From Candidatus Bathyarchaeota archaeon (GTDB lineage: Archaea > Thermoproteota > Bathyarchaeia > Bathyarchaeales > Bathycorpusculaceae), in the NCBI GenBank assembly GCA_963707955.1, contig OY970176.1, positions 1,952,001-2,016,000 on the forward strand: a stretch of DNA of 64,000 nucleotides, in the 5' to 3' direction. Made by a program: the position numbers and the translations under genes. The notes under the pieces are model-generated. The model was given only the letters and a program-made list of their open reading frames with translations. It did no database searches and was not told where the DNA came from. Positions 60,560-64,000 of the stretch are shown in pieces; positions within the stretch are counted from its first letter, which is position 1, and the number at the start of each line of letters is the position of its first letter.

Positions 60560-61876
60560 TTAGTTTGCCGTTTTTAGTGGGCAGCCCGCTCCGCATATTT
60601 GGAGGCTTGGGCATTCGTGGCATTTGTCTGGGGCGTATTCTCGTTTTCGGAGCTTCAGGCAAGTGGGGTTTTTCCAGATTTTTTGCCATTTGTCTTTGAG
60701 GATGTTTCCGAGTGGGACGAAGTAGCTTTGGCAGGGTATGACCGTTCCGTCTGGTTCGATGGCCATGTTTATGCGGCAGGCGCTGCAGCTTTTTATTCCC
60801 AGTTCCAGCTTCAGAGGGTCGGTTTCGCAGTATTCCGTCGGGGTGTACCACGTGAATTCCATTCCTAGATTTCTGGTCTCATTCTTTATTCGGGTCAGGA
60901 TCGGCTCTAGTGCTGCTTCGTCTAACGCGAAGGTTTTGGCTATTTCTGGTGCTTTCCCAGAGTAGATCAGGCTGTTGCAGGCGAAGTGTTTGAGTCCGAG
61001 GTTGTGGACGAATTCTATCGTGGCGTCTATGTCATTGACGTTTAGCTGGTTGAGTGTGGTGTTGCTGACCGTGTAGATTGGCGATGCGATGGCGTTTTTG
61101 AGTCCTTGGACGGTTTCGTCCCAGCTGCCGTTGACGCTTGTTATTTTGTCGTGGACTTTTGGGTCGTGTGATTCAAGGGTTATCTGGATGTGGTCTAGTC
61201 CTGCGTCGATGAGGGTTTTGAGGTACGCGCTGTCTTTGAGTTTTCGTCCGTTCGTGACGAGGCCGCAGACCAGCTCTTTTTCTTGCGTGTGCGCTATCAG
61301 CGTTGACAGGTCGTTTCTTAGGGTTGGTTCGCCGCCTGTGAAGACCACTTGGGGGATGCCTAGGGCTTGGAGTCTGTCGATCACGTTCACCCATTCTCGC
61401 GTGGTTAGCTCTTCTGTTTGTTTTGGGCCTCCGGCGTAGCAGTGTATGCACTTGTTGTTGCAGCGGTAGGTGAGGGCTATGTCCATGCGGTAGGGTGCGC
61501 TCAGCTCTTTTTGGAAAGGTTCTATCTTTTCTACGCCGAGGTAGGAGACGGGGCAAACGTCGGGTGTCTTGGCGAAGGAGTTGATGGTGAACAGTGTGTT
61601 TTTGATGTCTTTTCGGGCGGTTTCCGCGTCAACCTTGTAGCGTTTTAGAATTCTCTTTGCTGTCTGTTTTTCGTTTTCTCCTCGTATGAAAGAGTGTACG
61701 ATTTCGGTGGCTGTCTGGTTGAGGAAGATGACTCTGGAGGCGTTTATGACTAGAACTCCTTCTCCGTTTTTCTCTAATCGTAGATGGAGTCTGAGACCGC
61801 GGTATTCGCCCTCTGCGACTTTGAGGTGGTGCAGCACCTCTCTGGGTTTTGCTCTTAACTTGTCAAGTACATTCAA
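60560..61876 (-). CDS. Radical SAM enzyme with N-terminal PqqD-like RRE and C-terminal SPASM domain
   Basis: INA..VIFLNQTA...KRYKVD..TARKD RRE-like region; CNNKCIHC; FTGGEP; CSAC...DG.V.PC and CHECPSLQICGAGCP. Confidence 0.92.
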   Translation of the reverse strand: MNVLDKLRAKPREVLHHLKVAEGEYRGLRLHLRLEKNGEGVLVINASRVIFLNQTATEIVHSFIRGENEKQTAKRILKRYKVDAETARKDIKNTLFTINSFAKTPDVCPVSYLGVEKIEPFQKELSAPYRMDIALTYRCNNKCIHCYAGGPKQTEELTTREWVNVIDRLQALGIPQVVFTGGEPTLRNDLSTLIAHTQEKELVCGLVTNGRKLKDSAYLKTLIDAGLDHIQITLESHDPKVHDKITSVNGSWDETVQGLKNAIASPIYTVSNTTLNQLNVNDIDATIEFVHNLGLKHFACNSLIYSGKAPEIAKTFALDEAALEPILTRIKNETRNLGMEFTWYTPTEYCETDPLKLELGIKSCSACRINMAIEPDGTVIPCQSYFVPLGNILKDKWQKIWKNPTCLKLRKREYAPDKCHECPSLQICGAGCPLKTAN

Positions 61877-63529
61877 CTATCTTGCACCTCCGCCGGCGCA
61901 GGCACAAGCGCAACCTACGCAGGCACAGGCGCATGCGCAGGCGTGGCATGCGCATACGCAGGATGGTTTTCCGCCTACTGGCTGCTGGCTTGGGGCAGAC
62001 TTGAAAGGCACGAGTTTGTTGGCGAAGTCTTGAACGTTTTTGACGATGTTGTTTGAGGCTGTCTGGAGTCCTCGTACGATGTTGTTGGCGAAGTCTTGGC
62101 CCGGGATCGGTTTGGCTTGGACAGGTGGGGCCGTTGGTGTTGTGACTGGCGTTGGGGGGCTTTGTTGTCCCGTCGATGCGTGTAGGCCGCCCCAGTACCA
62201 CCACCAAGCTGGGTTTGGATAAATGATTATTCCTGGTGGGAAGGCTGTTCTGAAGCGGTCTTCGAATTTGTCGTCTGCCAGTAGCCACTCGAGGTTTTTG
62301 TCGACGGCGTCGCCCTTGAGTTCTGGGGTTCCAGCCTGGGTTACCTGGGTCCAGGCTTTGTCTACTATGGACTTGTAGTAGTTGGTTGTGTCGTCTCTTG
62401 AGTAGCCGCGTAGCTTTTGGTCTACCGTATTGGTGAGTTCTACGTAGGTGCTGGCGAGCTTCTGCTCGTCGAGGGTTCCGTCTGGTCTTATGGCGTTCAG
62501 GTAATCTGTTTCGTAGTATCTTGGTAGTGGAGGCGACTGGCCTTGGGCTGGTTCGAGTTCGGTGAGTTTTATGAGGGGTTCAGTTTCGGTGACGGCGACC
62601 ATGCGCTTTAGGAGAAGCCCGTAGAGAATCATGGTGAGGACGCGGACGGGCTTTTGATCCAAAACGAGGGCTGCCTCGACAGCCGTGAGTGTTCGGTTGG
62701 CGCCCAAGGCTTCGATCGACATGCGGGGTGTTGCGTAAGCCATTCTGGCAATTCTTGTAAAGTACAAGATTATCGCGGCGGCCACTATGAGAAAGACTAA
62801 GACCAATGAAGCCGTGGTTGTTATGTCTGGAAATGGCCCAGGGGTCGGGGTCGGCGCGGAGGAAACGTACGTGGCTGGGAAAGAAACGCCAGAAGTGAAT
62901 TGTTGGCTTGGCGGCCAGTTTGTTCTCTCCCAGAAGACGGCGGTGTCGTTGTTCGTTTCTGTGAAGACATTGTCGAAGGGTGAGCTTGGGGGGTATTTCA
63001 CTTCGGTTTTTTGTACGCCTGGTGGGAGGATGATTTCCACGCGTAGGTCTGTTATGAAGCCGCTTGCGGTGGAGAACGTTGTTTGGTAGAAGAGCAGGTC
63101 GACGTTTCCCGGGTTAGTGGTGTCCGCATGGATCATGTTTGGAACCAGAGCGTAAACAACGAATGTGTAGGGCTGGTTCAGCGCAACGGGTTGTTTGAGG
63201 TAAACGTCGATGCCGTAGAAGCTTCCCGATGACGCGCTTTGATATTGAAGTGTGGCCCCCGACAGGTCTTGCACATACTGAATTTGGAAGCCTCCTTGGG
63301 GCATTCCCACAGTGAATATGCCTTGAGGCGAGCCGGAGAGATACGTGAAGGTTATGTTGTACAGAATGTATATCGACCTGTCCGTGTTGATCTGGATCTG
63401 GGCCCACTCTTGGCTTACGGAGTAGGTTACACCCTGAGCCCTTGCAAGTTGAGCCTTTGTCAGCAATAATCCGAGGCACAAGATCAGTACGATGACGGAC
63501 AAACCGGCGAGCTGCTGTTTCGTCACCAT
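61877..63529 (-). CDS. Single-pass membrane protein (DUF2207-like layout) with C-terminal Cys-rich tail CVCAC-HA-CACAC-VG-CACAC-AGGGAR
   Basis: Signal peptide, about 200 aa outer domain, PT linker, TM helix, inner domain; ATG 63529 overlaps the upstream stop; its stop abuts the rSAM start. Confidence 0.88.
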   Translation of the reverse strand: MVTKQQLAGLSVIVLILCLGLLLTKAQLARAQGVTYSVSQEWAQIQINTDRSIYILYNITFTYLSGSPQGIFTVGMPQGGFQIQYVQDLSGATLQYQSASSGSFYGIDVYLKQPVALNQPYTFVVYALVPNMIHADTTNPGNVDLLFYQTTFSTASGFITDLRVEIILPPGVQKTEVKYPPSSPFDNVFTETNNDTAVFWERTNWPPSQQFTSGVSFPATYVSSAPTPTPGPFPDITTTASLVLVFLIVAAAIILYFTRIARMAYATPRMSIEALGANRTLTAVEAALVLDQKPVRVLTMILYGLLLKRMVAVTETEPLIKLTELEPAQGQSPPLPRYYETDYLNAIRPDGTLDEQKLASTYVELTNTVDQKLRGYSRDDTTNYYKSIVDKAWTQVTQAGTPELKGDAVDKNLEWLLADDKFEDRFRTAFPPGIIIYPNPAWWWYWGGLHASTGQQSPPTPVTTPTAPPVQAKPIPGQDFANNIVRGLQTASNNIVKNVQDFANKLVPFKSAPSQQPVGGKPSCVCACHACACACACVGCACACAGGGAR

Positions 63530-63915
63530 GTTGGTTCCTCTGTGAGTTCGAACTTGTTTCCGCAGTGGCCGCACGTGACGAAGGGTTTTCCGTCAAGAAC
63601 TTCAGTCTTGGTCGCGTCGATCAGAGCTCCGCAGTTTGGGCAACGTATTTCTTTAGCCTCTAACGGTCCAGTGACCGTTACGGTTTGCTTAATCTCTATA
63701 GGTTTTTTCTCCAGGCCAAGGAAAATCAGGAATCCAGCGACCGCGAGGAAGACCAGGCCCACAAGAAAGTAAACAAGGCCAAGGTTAACTGAGACAACGA
63801 AGACGAGGCCCAAGAAGATCAGAACTGCCGACGCCAAGTAGATGGCAGCTCTAAGTATCCCCAGAGCCATAGCGCGTTGCGCGCGCCCGTACTCGCGTTT
63901 GGTTGCAGGGGACAT
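63523..63915 (-). CDS. Two-TM protein with C-terminal zinc ribbon
   Basis: Two hydrophobic helices, CPNCG...CGHCG, ends EEPTW; start 63915 (about 25 nt from a TTTTAT box) or 63870. Confidence 0.82.
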   Translation of the reverse strand: MSPATKREYGRAQRAMALGILRAAIYLASAVLIFLGLVFVVSVNLGLVYFLVGLVFLAVAGFLIFLGLEKKPIEIKQTVTVTGPLEAKEIRCPNCGALIDATKTEVLDGKPFVTCGHCGNKFELTEEPTW

Positions 63916-63975
63916 AAACGACTATTTGAAGATTTGACCATAAAAGCCTTGTTGGGACTCAAACCGAAATGGGAG

Positions 63976-64000
63976 TGGGCCCGCCCGGACTCGAACCGGG
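63976..64000 (-). tRNA. 3' end of a tRNA (T-arm and acceptor strand), truncated by the window; isotype not determinable
   Basis: Reverse complement reads CCCGG-TTCGAGT-CCGGG-CGGGCCC-A; CCA not encoded. Confidence 0.85.

Noticed and set aside
61863-62288. Alternate-frame 141-aa ORF with an RLRMRLCLRR repeat as a possible precursor peptide
   Set aside because: It is the shifted reading of the Cys-Ala codons of the membrane protein tail and has no independent start signal
500-63772. Numerous short antisense or alternate-frame ORFs in the six-frame track
   Set aside because: They lie inside well-supported genes and carry no motifs; treated as shadow ORFs

Overview
Gene-dense archaeal chromosomal segment, most consistent with Bathyarchaeia (TACK). 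This is inferred from ACDS subunits, eL13, SmAP3, archaeosine TGT, CofE and a PEF-CTERM protein. In order, the window holds: the end of an ACDS (cdhC-D-E) operon, followed by CooT, a fused MetV-MetF and a tandem ferredoxin-MvhD protein; TatD, a PEF-CTERM beta-propeller protein and an ABC exporter; an HTH gene with a small membrane-protein array; housekeeping protease and RNA-processing genes; glmU-glmM; a complete type IV pilus locus; a large Ig-like surface protein, CofE, a probable S-layer protein and glycosyltransferases; an M50 protease, geranylgeranyl reductase and an archaeal ATPase; the eL15-eL13-RNase P cluster and a box C/D sRNA predicted to guide 23S Gm2251. Beside a tRNA 3' end at the right edge lies a three-gene cassette: a Zn-ribbon membrane protein, a single-pass membrane protein ending in (CxCxC)x3-AGGGAR, and an RRE-radical SAM-SPASM enzyme. 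This cassette is the best candidate for an undescribed system. Six apparent frameshifts cluster in surface genes at 32-46 kb, and four of them can be placed at the centre of AG|CT sites.
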